From Escherichia phage Sa157lw, in the sequence record OK322699.1: a stretch of DNA of 64,000 bases; one strand, 5' to 3'. Each line of letters starts with the position of its first letter. The first letter of the stretch is position 1. Positions 37,869 through 47,529 of this stretch are shown piece by piece. The notes under the pieces are model-generated. The model was not told the DNA's origin, made no database searches, and saw only the letters and a program-made list of their open reading frames with translations. The position numbers and the translations under genes are program-made.

Positions 37869-38194
37869 AAGTCGTCCACTTCAAGAAGGAGCCATATGAC
37901 GTCTACATTGGGCGGCCTGGCAAATGGGGTAATGACTTCGAAGTCAAAGACCATGGGCGCGGCGTTTGTATCGAGTTATTCGAAGACGATTTGTATGTGC
38001 GTCTGATTGAAGGGGAAATCACTGAGGATGAACTCCTTGAACTGGACGGAAAGATTCTAGGGTGCTGGTGTAAACCACGCCCCTGCCACGGGGATGTTTA
38101 CGTCAAAGTGATCGGTCGTATTAAACTATTCCGTAAGTTGGGTAAATCTTTTACTGAATATTTGAGACAAACATATGTCAGAAGAGAAAGATGA
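37865..38194 (+). CDS. DUF4326-like protein
   Basis: GTG start; YIGRPGKWGN and CWCKPRPCHGD motifs. Confidence 0.45.
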   Translation: MKVVHFKKEPYDVYIGRPGKWGNDFEVKDHGRGVCIELFEDDLYVRLIEGEITEDELLELDGKILGCWCKPRPCHGDVYVKVIGRIKLFRKLGKSFTEYLRQTYVRRER

Positions 38195-38459
38195 AATACA
38201 GATTGCTTGTGATATCGCTGTGGAATTATGGAATCAGCGAAATAGACATCATCAGGTAGCATTGACACCAAAACGTTACCTAGAGCAAGGTGGGTTGATC
38301 GTTGTTGACGCCGTCTTGGGTTTCAACAAGTACACAGATATGCAAATCCTCCAAGGGGATTTCATAGTGGCATCAAAATCAGCATGGGACGATCCTATGG
38401 AGTTTGTCTACGGCTGGTTAGAGTGTATTGAGGAATCATACCATCTGATCTACGAATAA
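38175..38459 (+). CDS. hypothetical small protein
   Basis: 94 aa ORF. Confidence 0.35.
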   Translation: MSEEKDEIQIACDIAVELWNQRNRHHQVALTPKRYLEQGGLIVVDAVLGFNKYTDMQILQGDFIVASKSAWDDPMEFVYGWLECIEESYHLIYE

Positions 38460-38464
38460 GGTGA

Positions 38465-38498
38465 AGGGCACTAAATATCAAGTGCCCTTTATCTTTTA
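38465..38498 (+). terminator. stem-loop GGGCACT aaatatcaa GTGCCC + TTTATCTTTT
   Basis: inverted repeat. Confidence 0.55.
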
Positions 38499-38555
38499 AC
38501 CCTGTCAGGAGGCTCAATCGAGCTGCAAGTCGACAAACACATAAGGAACGCCATC

Positions 38556-39173
38556 ATGACGATGACAACGTTGAAGGCCATGGCCTTGTCCGTGACCTTT
38601 ACCATTGCCAGCGGGAGTGTGCACGCTTCCCAAAGTACCACCCAATGTGATTACGAATTTTCTGATCAGCAACTTTCAACTATGGCCACTGCCTATCACA
38701 TAGGCAAACAGCAAGACCTTGGTTTCACCCTAGCCGCGATATCATGGAGGGAAAGCCGCGCCGGAGAAGATGTGGTATCCATGCGGAATAACCTGAAATC
38801 GGCTAATATGGGGGCATTCCAAAATCGCGTCCAAACCGTTGGGAAACGGGAGGGATGCAAAACACAGAAGTGTTACGCCAACGTGGCGATTAAATTGCTG
38901 GTCAATCAAGAGTACGCAGCCAATGCAGCCCTTGATGAAATGAATTTCTGGCTTGGATATCATAACCAAAACATCCGCAAATCGCTCTCCTCTTACAATG
39001 CCGGTTTCAGTCGTAACCAAAAATCCAATTCATACGCTGCTGATGTCGTGAAGAAGGCTAAATATCTTCAACGATGTGTGTCTTTCAAAGGCATGGCAAT
39101 AAACCCGAAGGTCGACCCAGGAGTGATCGCCATGAATAAGCGCACGATTGAGAAACTCAAGAGGACCCGATAA
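38556..39173 (+). CDS. secreted protein with lytic transglycosylase (SLT)-like motif
   Basis: signal peptide with VHA-SQ cleavage-like site; AISWRESRAGEDVVS..ANMGAFQN resembles the ES..GLMQ motif of SLT domains. Confidence 0.4.
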   Translation: MTMTTLKAMALSVTFTIASGSVHASQSTTQCDYEFSDQQLSTMATAYHIGKQQDLGFTLAAISWRESRAGEDVVSMRNNLKSANMGAFQNRVQTVGKREGCKTQKCYANVAIKLLVNQEYAANAALDEMNFWLGYHNQNIRKSLSSYNAGFSRNQKSNSYAADVVKKAKYLQRCVSFKGMAINPKVDPGVIAMNKRTIEKLKRTR

Positions 39174-39811
39174 TGAATATCACTCCATCCCAGACCGGAT
39201 ACGAGCACTTAATGGTGTTTATTGCGATTCAGGGGGCAAAAGAAGGCATCATCAGTTCTGAATATTCTGGAACGATGCGCCTGGCTGATTATGTTGCTCC
39301 CGAAGCGTTTATCAAGAAATGTATCGACGCATGGTGCCTTTATGCTCTCGGCACGTATCCTACTCCTCCGGCAGGTGAGCTACTGTTTACCGTTCCGACC
39401 CCAGCCGCTGGCGACACAGACGCGATCTTTGCTGATATGTTGGCCAAAGGTTATTTGGCGTATGACAGTGCTCATGATGTCTACGATTTCTCGGCGTTGA
39501 ATCGTATCTTCGGATACACCATAACATCCGAAGCCAATATTCCCGACTATGGAATTCTGGCATGGGGTATTGACGGTCTCGGCGCAACATATGCGTCTTC
39601 TGATGTTGGTCCTGTATTGATTGACACAGGTGTGACAATGGAGCAATACATGTCACAATTCCCTCAGCATAATGTTACCGGAAGCGATATCATTATCGTC
39701 TATCCTGGTTCCAATGCGTTGTCCCGCCTGGTGGACGGCTGGAAACCTCAGCTGAAGGACATCGTTGCTGGAATCAGATTTCACATCCCTGTCGTCAATC
39801 CCACACCTTAA
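39173..39811 (+). CDS. hypothetical protein
   Basis: 212 aa, TAATG-coupled to upstream gene. Confidence 0.4.
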   Translation: MNITPSQTGYEHLMVFIAIQGAKEGIISSEYSGTMRLADYVAPEAFIKKCIDAWCLYALGTYPTPPAGELLFTVPTPAAGDTDAIFADMLAKGYLAYDSAHDVYDFSALNRIFGYTITSEANIPDYGILAWGIDGLGATYASSDVGPVLIDTGVTMEQYMSQFPQHNVTGSDIIIVYPGSNALSRLVDGWKPQLKDIVAGIRFHIPVVNPTP

Positions 39812-39840
39812 AATAATTCAATAAAAGGGGCAAACGCCCC

Positions 39841-39868
39841 TTTACTTCTTCAATAACTACCGTATAAT
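39841..39868 (+). promoter_or_regulatory. early sigma70-type promoter (-35 TTTACT, 16-bp spacer with TTCAATAA, -10 TATAAT)
   Basis: best match to consensus in the family; preceded by hairpin AGGGGC aaac GCCCCT. Confidence 0.6.
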
Positions 39869-39916
39869 TCTAAACATAAGCAGTACGACACCAACTTGAA
39901 AAGCAGGAACTATATC

Positions 39917-40285
39917 ATGACCAAAACTGAATTGAACAACATTCTGAACGTTGCTGGGTACAAGAATATTCGTCGTGGGAATAACAAAATCGCGCGTGAC
40001 CGTAGCAACAAAATCATCAAGGGGTTTCCCCTGTGTAAAACTGGTCCTCTCGATATCAGCAACCCGTCCAAGCGCTTGTTTAAAGACTTATTGCGTGAAC
40101 TCGGCACTAAAGGCCTGGTGCTAGATAAAAAGGATGACCTGGTTGACTTTGGCATCGCGGTTATGAAGATTGCCAAATTCAAAATAACTCTGTGCGTACA
40201 GACCATTCAGACATATGACTACTCTGAAGGCCGTGACCCGAATTACGAAACAAAATATGTCAACGTAAGGATTGAAGGGTTATAA
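39917..40285 (+). CDS. hypothetical early protein
   Basis: ORF 39896..40285 trimmed to ATG after conserved leader CAGGAACTATATCATG. Confidence 0.45.
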   Translation: MTKTELNNILNVAGYKNIRRGNNKIARDRSNKIIKGFPLCKTGPLDISNPSKRLFKDLLRELGTKGLVLDKKDDLVDFGIAVMKIAKFKITLCVQTIQTYDYSEGRDPNYETKYVNVRIEGL

Positions 40286-40366
40286 TACGAATATGCGGGG
40301 GCTTGATGCCCCTTTCTTTTCGCTAATTAAGGAAAACCGCACCGATTTATTATCAGGAGAATTACA

Positions 40367-42754
40367 ATGGCCATCCAATCTTTCTTAAATTTCCTTGACG
40401 AGTCCAAACAATTGGACGAAGCGTTTAACTCCGCTCCATACGAATTGACTTTCGGCAAGAAAAATGCTGGTGACATTTTCTTCACGTTCGTAGACGAAGA
40501 TGAAAAAGAATTCCGCATCCAATTTTATACCCCGCAGGGGCTGGGCAAGAACGTTCGTCAGGTCTTCATAGGCCAGAAACGTGGTTCAACCTATCCAGAC
40601 GCAATCGGTCGTTTCAAAAACCCAATGCGTGTCATCGCATCCATGATCGAAGCGACTAAACAATTCATGGCGACACCGCTGGGTAAAACCATTGATGGGT
40701 TTGCGATTAACTTCTCCAAGAAAGCTCTAGAACGCGGAACGACGTTACTCCCAAAAATTATTCGTCAATCTGGTCTGAAGCAGAAACTCAACGTCATGGA
40801 TCTGACTTATACCCCAATCCCTGACCGTGCCTTCGTATGGGTTGTGCGTAAAGGCAAGGATCCTGCTCAGGTATTTGATGGTCCGAAAATGAAAGGCGTG
40901 ACTTGGGACGATCCAGACAAAGTCGGTGACGTTCCTGACCAGGCTGCTCGTGACGCCGCACTACAAGGTGACATGGATGATTTGAGCCAATCCATAAATG
41001 CCGATTCTCGCTGGATTCTGACCAAAGCTGATCATACTCAGCCTATGCTGGTCTGGTCTGGTAAAGAACGTGGGCGGACTATTACCGCCAATATCGCACC
41101 TCACGCGAATGAACCTGGTGTGTATGCTGGTAGTATCATGAACGAGAAACGGATCCGCGCTCAATCCCCAGACGCTATTGTACGCCAACTGGGATTACCG
41201 CAGATCCCTGTGAATATTCTGAATGATTTCACCAAGCAGTCGTCCATCTTCTGGAAAGAGATGACGGGGGATTCTGGAAAAATAGACATGCAGACTTTGC
41301 CAAAAACAGGATCTGTGGATGACTTACGAAATCAGGGTTATATTGCTCGCCTTCTGGGGATTGTAGACACATATGCTCCACAACAGGTCGGTATGTATGC
41401 AGGTGAGAAACTAACACGAATCGGCGCGGGCAAATATCGTACTTCGGGTGGTCTGGACATTCAGGTTTATTTCTGGGGAATTGTCAACGGAAAACTTTCT
41501 GTAGAAGTGGTTTCTGATTTATCTGGCAATGAACAGCTGATGCTGGAAGGCGACGTGAAAAACGCTGCTTTTGAAATCGTCAGTGCGATATCCCGTGCTG
41601 CTGATTCTCAGTTCAACGGTGAAGTGGAATGTCGTGTTGTTCCGATCAACGGTGCCCCATACCCGATTCAAAAGGTTTCCCGTTCTCAGGGTTATTCTTA
41701 TGTCGATTGTATTTCGTTTACTTTGAAGATCGCCGATGCATTGTTAAATCGATTTACTCTGGGTAAGGCAGTCAAACTCGATCTGATAAAAGAGTTCCCT
41801 CGAACGACGTTTATTGTTCGTTATGACTGGCGCAGCAAAGATACTCTGATGGTCCAGTCTTCTGATGGGAAGACTATCTTCGGCGAAATCAACACAAATT
41901 CCAGTGATAACGCTGTCATCACTGCGAACCTGAAAGCCCCAAGCAATGCGAAGATATTTGGTGAAACCGTTCATGGGTTCTCTGTGGCTTGGGACTTCCA
42001 GTTCCCTGCGGGTAGCCAGCTGCAAGCCGCAAGATTCGTTACCAACGTGACTTACGACTTCGATCGTAATAAGGCCAACATCACGACCATGCTGACAGAA
42101 AATGGCCGAAATGTAGTCAATAGCAGCGGATATGACATTCAGTTATCTGTCAAGTCTGTGCAAGATGCATTGAATGAGACTTCACAACGCCTGAAAGACG
42201 CTGCGGCTCAATTGAGCCATCTTGGTTCATCAAACTATAACCCGAACAAGCTGTTCCTGAATGATATCACCGTCAGTAAGTTTGGTGCAATTATGTTCCA
42301 AGACAAAGATCTGGCACAGTCCAAAAACCGCACGGCAGTCATTGATGCTTTGGCTCGGGCGAAAGATCAGGTCGCTGGTGGTAAGAATGCAGGCGATCTG
42401 GCCACCTATGCCGGATCCATTCGTGATAGCGCTCCTAATGGACGAGATCTGGATTGGCAGGTATACACAGCCAGTAATGGTACAGTTCTGAATGTTGCCT
42501 GGGATATCACTTTCCGTCGCAATACGACCGAAGGAGCATATCGTGAATTCAAGGATCAGATCAACCGTGCCAACCAATACCTGCAAACGGTATACAACGA
42601 CGCGAAATCTAAAGGCTATAATCCTACCGAGCCAAATCTCATGACTCTTGAACGCGCTCGCCAATCCGACGAATGGGCTATGAGTAATGGTGATAGTGCA
42701 TACAGTGAATATGAACAATCGCTGGGTGGTAATCTTCAGATTAGTCTGAAATAA
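40367..42754 (+). CDS. hypothetical large protein (795 aa)
   Basis: long ORF, AGGAGAATTACAATG start; shares a ~40-aa module with the next gene. Confidence 0.5.
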   Translation: MAIQSFLNFLDESKQLDEAFNSAPYELTFGKKNAGDIFFTFVDEDEKEFRIQFYTPQGLGKNVRQVFIGQKRGSTYPDAIGRFKNPMRVIASMIEATKQFMATPLGKTIDGFAINFSKKALERGTTLLPKIIRQSGLKQKLNVMDLTYTPIPDRAFVWVVRKGKDPAQVFDGPKMKGVTWDDPDKVGDVPDQAARDAALQGDMDDLSQSINADSRWILTKADHTQPMLVWSGKERGRTITANIAPHANEPGVYAGSIMNEKRIRAQSPDAIVRQLGLPQIPVNILNDFTKQSSIFWKEMTGDSGKIDMQTLPKTGSVDDLRNQGYIARLLGIVDTYAPQQVGMYAGEKLTRIGAGKYRTSGGLDIQVYFWGIVNGKLSVEVVSDLSGNEQLMLEGDVKNAAFEIVSAISRAADSQFNGEVECRVVPINGAPYPIQKVSRSQGYSYVDCISFTLKIADALLNRFTLGKAVKLDLIKEFPRTTFIVRYDWRSKDTLMVQSSDGKTIFGEINTNSSDNAVITANLKAPSNAKIFGETVHGFSVAWDFQFPAGSQLQAARFVTNVTYDFDRNKANITTMLTENGRNVVNSSGYDIQLSVKSVQDALNETSQRLKDAAAQLSHLGSSNYNPNKLFLNDITVSKFGAIMFQDKDLAQSKNRTAVIDALARAKDQVAGGKNAGDLATYAGSIRDSAPNGRDLDWQVYTASNGTVLNVAWDITFRRNTTEGAYREFKDQINRANQYLQTVYNDAKSKGYNPTEPNLMTLERARQSDEWAMSNGDSAYSEYEQSLGGNLQISLK

Positions 42755-42805
42755 GTCATAGCCCCTTCGGGGGCTAAATACATCAAAATCCTTAGGAGAT
42801 CCACG

Positions 42806-43351
42806 ATGAAACCGTTTATCGAATATTTTAAAGAACAAGCTCAACAACCGCAAACTCATGGCGGCATACAAGGCAAAAGTGTAACCATCACCAAACAGGC
42901 CGACGGAACCCAATGGTGTACTGGTGCCACCGTGACCCAGATCACTCCAGATAATCAGGCCGACATCTATAATCTGGAATTGACTAATGGCAACACCATC
43001 AAAGTGAAGCTAACTCCAGACCAGACCCACGGCATTACCCAAGGCCAAGAAGTTGTTGCCGTCCATGATGGTTTTGAATTTTTCTTCGGCAAGTCAGCTG
43101 ACAAAGGTCAGGTTACTGAAGCGGAAGGCTGGCGTTTCGTCGGTGACCGTGGCGCTCATATTCTGATGTATGACGCAAAAGTTGGCGGTGCCTCCACTAT
43201 CCTTCGCAGTCCAACAGATCGAACCAAATTTGTTGGTGGTCTCATCAACGGTAGAAAAATTTTGGGTAATTCCCCAGAAGAACTGGCGGCAAAATTAGGT
43301 CTTCCAAAAATTCCTGATAATTTATTAAAATCGTTTTTTGGTAAAAAGTGA
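42806..43351 (+). CDS. hypothetical protein sharing LGLPxIPxNxL module
   Basis: 181 aa; C-terminal SPEELAAKLGLPKIPDNLLKSF parallels aa 267-290 of the 795-aa protein. Confidence 0.45.
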   Translation: MKPFIEYFKEQAQQPQTHGGIQGKSVTITKQADGTQWCTGATVTQITPDNQADIYNLELTNGNTIKVKLTPDQTHGITQGQEVVAVHDGFEFFFGKSADKGQVTEAEGWRFVGDRGAHILMYDAKVGGASTILRSPTDRTKFVGGLINGRKILGNSPEELAAKLGLPKIPDNLLKSFFGKK

Positions 43352-43362
43352 TTATAAAATAC

Positions 43363-43395
43363 AATCCCCCTAAATACAGGGGGATTTTCTTTTTA
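43363..43395 (+). terminator. stem-loop AATCCCCC taaataca GGGGGATT + TTCTTTTT
   Basis: inverted repeat. Confidence 0.6.
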
Positions 43396-43407
43396 GGGGT
43401 AAATATC

Positions 43408-43761
43408 ATGGTCAATGCGAGTATATTCATCAACCGTGGACTGCTTGCTATAGCCCACTCCCATGCCCTCCACTTCGTTACAACGTCCTATGCCAAGCAC
43501 AAGGCACTCGGGGAGTTCTACGGGGAACTGGAGGACTTGCTGGATACCTTCACAGAGGCATATATCGGCGCGGGTGGTGTATATGTCCCAGGGTTTGAGA
43601 ATATTAAACTGTACAACCCAGATCCTATATCGTATGTCAACAGTGTTGTTATCGACGTAAACGGAATTTATGGTCAATGCGACAGCCATCTTCAAAATAC
43701 GCTTGATGAAATCAAAACTTTGTGCTATCAAACGATTTACAAACTGAAGAAATTGTCCTAA
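43408..43761 (+). CDS. hypothetical protein
   Basis: ORF 43348..43761 trimmed to MVNAS. Confidence 0.35.
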   Translation: MVNASIFINRGLLAIAHSHALHFVTTSYAKHKALGEFYGELEDLLDTFTEAYIGAGGVYVPGFENIKLYNPDPISYVNSVVIDVNGIYGQCDSHLQNTLDEIKTLCYQTIYKLKKLS

Positions 43762-43824
43762 CTCAATAGGATCATCGTCAGGTTATAATTTTGCCCATTC
43801 GTCATCAATAGGATACAGATAACA

Positions 43825-44442
43825 ATGGGCAAAATCTTTATACCTTCTCACTCAGAAGGTTGTCAAATCGCTGCAAAATTTCTACACAAACAAATGAATT
43901 GTGGTGCTGTGTTCGTAGAACCAAATTCATTCGATAATCGTGAATCCCCTGACGCCATCGGGTTCAGACCTGGGGGTTGTTCTATATTAATGGAAGTTAA
44001 AGTCTCCCGCGCCGACTTCCTGACAGACAAAAAGAAACCTCATCGCATGAATCCTTCCATAGGCATGGGAGCATATCGTTTCTATGTTTGCCCAGCAGAT
44101 GTTATTAAAATTGAAGACCTCCCTCCCAAATGGGGTTTGTTGTACTTCACCCCTAGAAAATCTTTGAAGCCCGTTCACGTTCCGAATATGCAATATTCCT
44201 CTTTGTCTTCACCGGAACATTATGCATCATATTTGTCTAAATCTTTGGGCAAAAGAAGTCCTACAGATATCCCTCCTTATCTATTAGGGTACAAACAGAT
44301 GCTGGAAGAATTTGCCCACTTTGATCGCAATCAGGTTGCGGAACAAAATATTCTGTATGGGGCTTGGCGACAGCTTTGCATAGCTCAAAGTCGCGGGGTG
44401 GATTATAATGTGACAGAAGTGTTCCAGAGGCCAAATATCTAA
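43825..44442 (+). CDS. putative PD-(D/E)xK-like nuclease
   Basis: PDAIGF .. ILMEVKVSRADF pattern (D..ExK); coupled to primase start. Confidence 0.3.
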   Translation: MGKIFIPSHSEGCQIAAKFLHKQMNCGAVFVEPNSFDNRESPDAIGFRPGGCSILMEVKVSRADFLTDKKKPHRMNPSIGMGAYRFYVCPADVIKIEDLPPKWGLLYFTPRKSLKPVHVPNMQYSSLSSPEHYASYLSKSLGKRSPTDIPPYLLGYKQMLEEFAHFDRNQVAEQNILYGAWRQLCIAQSRGVDYNVTEVFQRPNI

Positions 44443-45506
44443 TGAAATTCTTGGACGAACAATACATCAATTTTCTCGCCCCCCGACTTGATAAATTCAG
44501 TTGGGAACGTGTTGGCGCTGTCGCCAAATTTCGTTGCCCATTATGTGGGGATTCTAAGAAGAGTGCCAACAAGCGTCGTGGTCACTTCTTTTATGATCGT
44601 GATGACGATGTGTTTCGTTTCAAGTGCCACAACTGTAATGAAATGAGCGGTTGGGCGTTTGAATTCTGGTTGAAGAAGTTTGACGAGCGTCTGTATAATG
44701 AATACAACCTTGAAAAATTCAGAATCATGGGGGATACCAGTTCCCGCCCGTTACAAAAACTCAAACCACTACAGCGCCTGACCCAGACAGCACGTATCGG
44801 TTCTCAGGTCGCCAAACGGGATGAAGAGCACCTTGGGAATATGATACGCCTTGATCTTCTTGACCGTGATCATATCGCCCGTCGTTATGTTGAAGGCAGG
44901 GGAATGCCGGAGAGTGCGTTATCTCTTTTGTATTACAGCAAAAACTTCCGCGAAGATCTTTTGAATTTTGAAACAGACGTTGAAAAACAGAAGAAGATCC
45001 CTGAAGATGAACGGTTGGTTATCCCATTCTGGACTCAAGACGGTCGCATGAAGATCGTTCAGGGGCGCGCATTCGGTGATAACCTTCCTGATAATGTGTT
45101 GCGGTACGCCACTGTCAAGCCCAAAAACGAGGATACTAAAATCTATGGGGAAGAGCGCATCATATGGAATAAGACCAAATTGGTCGTTGAAGGTCCAATT
45201 GATAGCCTGTTCCTCCCGAATTGTTTAGCAACTGCGGATGCTGACCTTCTGAGCGCCAAGGGGGATATCTATATCCCTGACAACCAATATCGAAACAAAC
45301 AAGTTTGTGACGGTATACAGAAGATGATAGACAGCGGAGTCAAAGTCGTTCTGTTTCCACCGGAAATACCGTGGAAGGATATCAATGATATGGTTCGCCC
45401 CGACAAGGGAAATATCCCGATACGTGATCTGCTTCAGATCATAGCCAAGAACGTATATCAGGGGATGTCGGCGTCCTTACGATTTTCTGACTTGAGGAAG
45501 ATATGA
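44442..45506 (+). CDS. 61: DNA primase gp61
   Basis: zinc ribbon FRCPLCGDSK..KCHNCN and EGPIDSLF motif align to T4 gp61. Confidence 0.85.
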   Translation: MKFLDEQYINFLAPRLDKFSWERVGAVAKFRCPLCGDSKKSANKRRGHFFYDRDDDVFRFKCHNCNEMSGWAFEFWLKKFDERLYNEYNLEKFRIMGDTSSRPLQKLKPLQRLTQTARIGSQVAKRDEEHLGNMIRLDLLDRDHIARRYVEGRGMPESALSLLYYSKNFREDLLNFETDVEKQKKIPEDERLVIPFWTQDGRMKIVQGRAFGDNLPDNVLRYATVKPKNEDTKIYGEERIIWNKTKLVVEGPIDSLFLPNCLATADADLLSAKGDIYIPDNQYRNKQVCDGIQKMIDSGVKVVLFPPEIPWKDINDMVRPDKGNIPIRDLLQIIAKNVYQGMSASLRFSDLRKI

Positions 45507-45712
45507 TGGATTTGAAAGAACTGAATAGTATGGACGATGAAGAGATTCTTCGTGGGTATCTGCAAGCCCGTGAAGGATATGTCCTGTCTGGCTTAGAATC
45601 TAAGAGTTTCATCCATGGTTGGAGGAACGGAATGGTGGACTTCGGCGGTTGTCCTATCACTGAAGAACAAATGAATTTGGCTCGCCAGTATTTGAAAAAG
45701 AAGCCGACCTAA
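45503..45712 (+). CDS. hypothetical small protein
   Basis: 69 aa, ATGA-coupled to primase. Confidence 0.35.
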   Translation: MMDLKELNSMDDEEILRGYLQAREGYVLSGLESKSFIHGWRNGMVDFGGCPITEEQMNLARQYLKKKPT

Positions 45713-45740
45713 AACTTTTTAACTCAAAAACCTTCTCTCT

Positions 45741-45765
45741 AGGCCTCATTCTACGAGGCCTTTTA
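45741..45765 (+). terminator. stem-loop AGGCCTC attctac GAGGCCT + TTTT
   Basis: inverted repeat. Confidence 0.6.
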
Positions 45766-45805
45766 AAATACTTCAAAAATAATTTAAAAATTTATTGAAA
45801 AAGAC

Positions 45806-45834
45806 TTTACTCTTCAATAATCATGCACTATTAT
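45806..45834 (+). promoter_or_regulatory. early sigma70-type promoter (-35 TTTACT, TTCAATAA spacer, -10 TATTAT)
   Basis: promoter family member. Confidence 0.55.
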
Positions 45835-45911
45835 AGTTCACATAGGGCGGTACACAACACCCCGCCGAATGAAAAGTGAAACGACCCAACTACATTATGA
45901 GGAATTACGTC

Positions 45912-46400
45912 ATGGCTACTACCAAAACTCTGATCACCAACGGCACCATCTCTTTTGAACTGAACACCGAAGTTGCAAAAGTTGAAATGTTCCGCATCGC
46001 TCAGGCAGCTGGCTTCACTGGTGGCAAAACTTCCTTCATGAATCTGCTGAACGGCAAAGTGAAAGCAACCAACGGTTTCACCCTGGTAGAGCAGGTTGTC
46101 GTAGACAAAGCCGTGGTTGCCAAAACTGCTGACAAGGTTGGCATGCTGAAAGACCTGGGCCATGACATCCACGTTGTCGAAGCGAATACCGAAACTTACG
46201 GCACCATCGTAGTCGGTAAAGGTCGCATTCAGCTGAACCCGCTGAACAACGGAACCTTCTCCGTGATGGTATTCCCGAAAAAGGGTTATGACAACAGTGA
46301 TATCGTGAAAGCCGCTGGCGGTGAAGCGAAATCCCAGTATGTCAAAATGGGTAAACTGAGCGCCGACGCAGTAGAAACTCTGGTGAACAAACTGGCTTAA
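45912..46400 (+). CDS. hypothetical early protein
   Basis: ORF 45876..46400 trimmed to MATTKTL behind GAGGA RBS. Confidence 0.5.
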   Translation: MATTKTLITNGTISFELNTEVAKVEMFRIAQAAGFTGGKTSFMNLLNGKVKATNGFTLVEQVVVDKAVVAKTADKVGMLKDLGHDIHVVEANTETYGTIVVGKGRIQLNPLNNGTFSVMVFPKKGYDNSDIVKAAGGEAKSQYVKMGKLSADAVETLVNKLA

Positions 46401-46404
46401 CCGC

Positions 46405-46430
46405 AAGGGGGAAACCTCCCCCTTTCAAAG
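46405..46430 (+). terminator. stem-loop AGGGGG aaacc TCCCCCT + TTCAAAGTTTT
   Basis: inverted repeat. Confidence 0.45.
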
Positions 46431-46450
46431 TTTTGGTAGGAGAATGAGAC

Positions 46451-46639
46451 ATGAGTAGAGCAATTATCCAAGCCTCTCCTGGCGCTCTATGGGTTGCCGA
46501 CCGAATTCCCAACGCGCACTTTCCTCAGTTCCAAGAGGAACTGGAACAAGCAATGTTGAAAATATTTGAAAAATATGGGTATGATTCCGAAGTTAGGACT
46601 TCCTTCAAAGAAATCATGCCTGTCGTCGTGGTCAGATAA
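46451..46639 (+). CDS. hypothetical small protein
   Basis: 62 aa, GGTAGGAGAATGAGACATG context. Confidence 0.3.
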   Translation: MSRAIIQASPGALWVADRIPNAHFPQFQEELEQAMLKIFEKYGYDSEVRTSFKEIMPVVVVR

Positions 46640-46708
46640 TCAACACTAAATCCTCAAGTTCGACTTTCACTTTAAATACCTTCGCATACATTGCGGAGGT
46701 ATTTTCTT

Positions 46709-47503
46709 ATGGCCATTCTAAAACTTGGCAACCGAGGTTCTGAAGTCAAAGCGCTTCAACAAAGCCTCAACAAAATCGGTTTCTCCCTTACAGCCGATGG
46801 CATATTTGGTAAGGCAACAGAGAATGCTGTCAAATCCGTTCAGGCAGGTGCTGGATTGGTGATTGATGGTATTGCAGGTCCAAAAACCTTCTATGCTATC
46901 CGTAATGCCGGAGACGCTCATCAGGAACATCTTACCGAAGCCGACTTAGTTGACGCAGCGCGTGAACTTGGTGTCGAACTGGCCAGCATGAAAGCTGTTA
47001 ACCAGGTCGAATCTCGGGGAACGGGTTTCACCAAAACAGGTAAGATCAAAACTCTGTTCGAGCGCCACATCATGTATAAGAAAGTGGCGGCTAAATTCGG
47101 ACAAGCAAGAGCCAATGCTCTGTACCAACTCTACCCAACATTGGTTAACCCCAATTCTGGTGGCTATATCGGCGGAGACGCGGAGTTGGAACGCCTTCAG
47201 GGTGCAATCGCCCTTGATGAGGACTGCGCGTACGAGAGTGCGTCCTACGGCTTATTCCAGATCATGGGGTTCAATTGCCAGATATGTGGTTATCCGAACG
47301 CCAAAGAAATGTTCACAGATTTTCTGACTGGTGAACGTGCACATCTTCTGGCATTTGTGAAATTCATCAAAGCTGACGCCAATATGTGGAAAGCATTGAA
47401 GAACAAAAATTGGGCTGAATTCGCCCGTCGGTACAATGGTCCAGCATATGCCAAGAACCAGTATGACACCAAACTAGCGGCGGCATACAAGAGTTTCTGT
47501 TAA
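46709..47503 (+). CDS. endolysin: N-terminal peptidoglycan-binding domain + N-acetylmuramidase-like domain
   Basis: ORF 46691..47503 (TTG) trimmed to ATG behind GGAGG; PG_binding_1-like LKLGNRGSEVKALQ..DGIFG; C-terminal FQIMGFN and WAEFARRYNGPAY. Confidence 0.7.
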   Translation: MAILKLGNRGSEVKALQQSLNKIGFSLTADGIFGKATENAVKSVQAGAGLVIDGIAGPKTFYAIRNAGDAHQEHLTEADLVDAARELGVELASMKAVNQVESRGTGFTKTGKIKTLFERHIMYKKVAAKFGQARANALYQLYPTLVNPNSGGYIGGDAELERLQGAIALDEDCAYESASYGLFQIMGFNCQICGYPNAKEMFTDFLTGERAHLLAFVKFIKADANMWKALKNKNWAEFARRYNGPAYAKNQYDTKLAAAYKSFC

Positions 47504-47505
47504 CA

Positions 47506-47529
47506 AAAGGCCGGAAACGGCCTTTTTCT
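47506..47529 (+). terminator. stem-loop AAGGCCG gaaa CGGCCTT + TTTCTTT
   Basis: inverted repeat. Confidence 0.65.

Noticed and set aside
42230-42913. 227-aa minus-strand ORF
   Set aside because: Antisense to the 795-aa gene end and the start of the next gene; crosses a terminator hairpin
45831-46406. 191-aa minus-strand ORF opposite the 45912-46400 gene
   Set aside because: The + strand ORF has a strong promoter, RBS and conserved leader; the minus ORF has none
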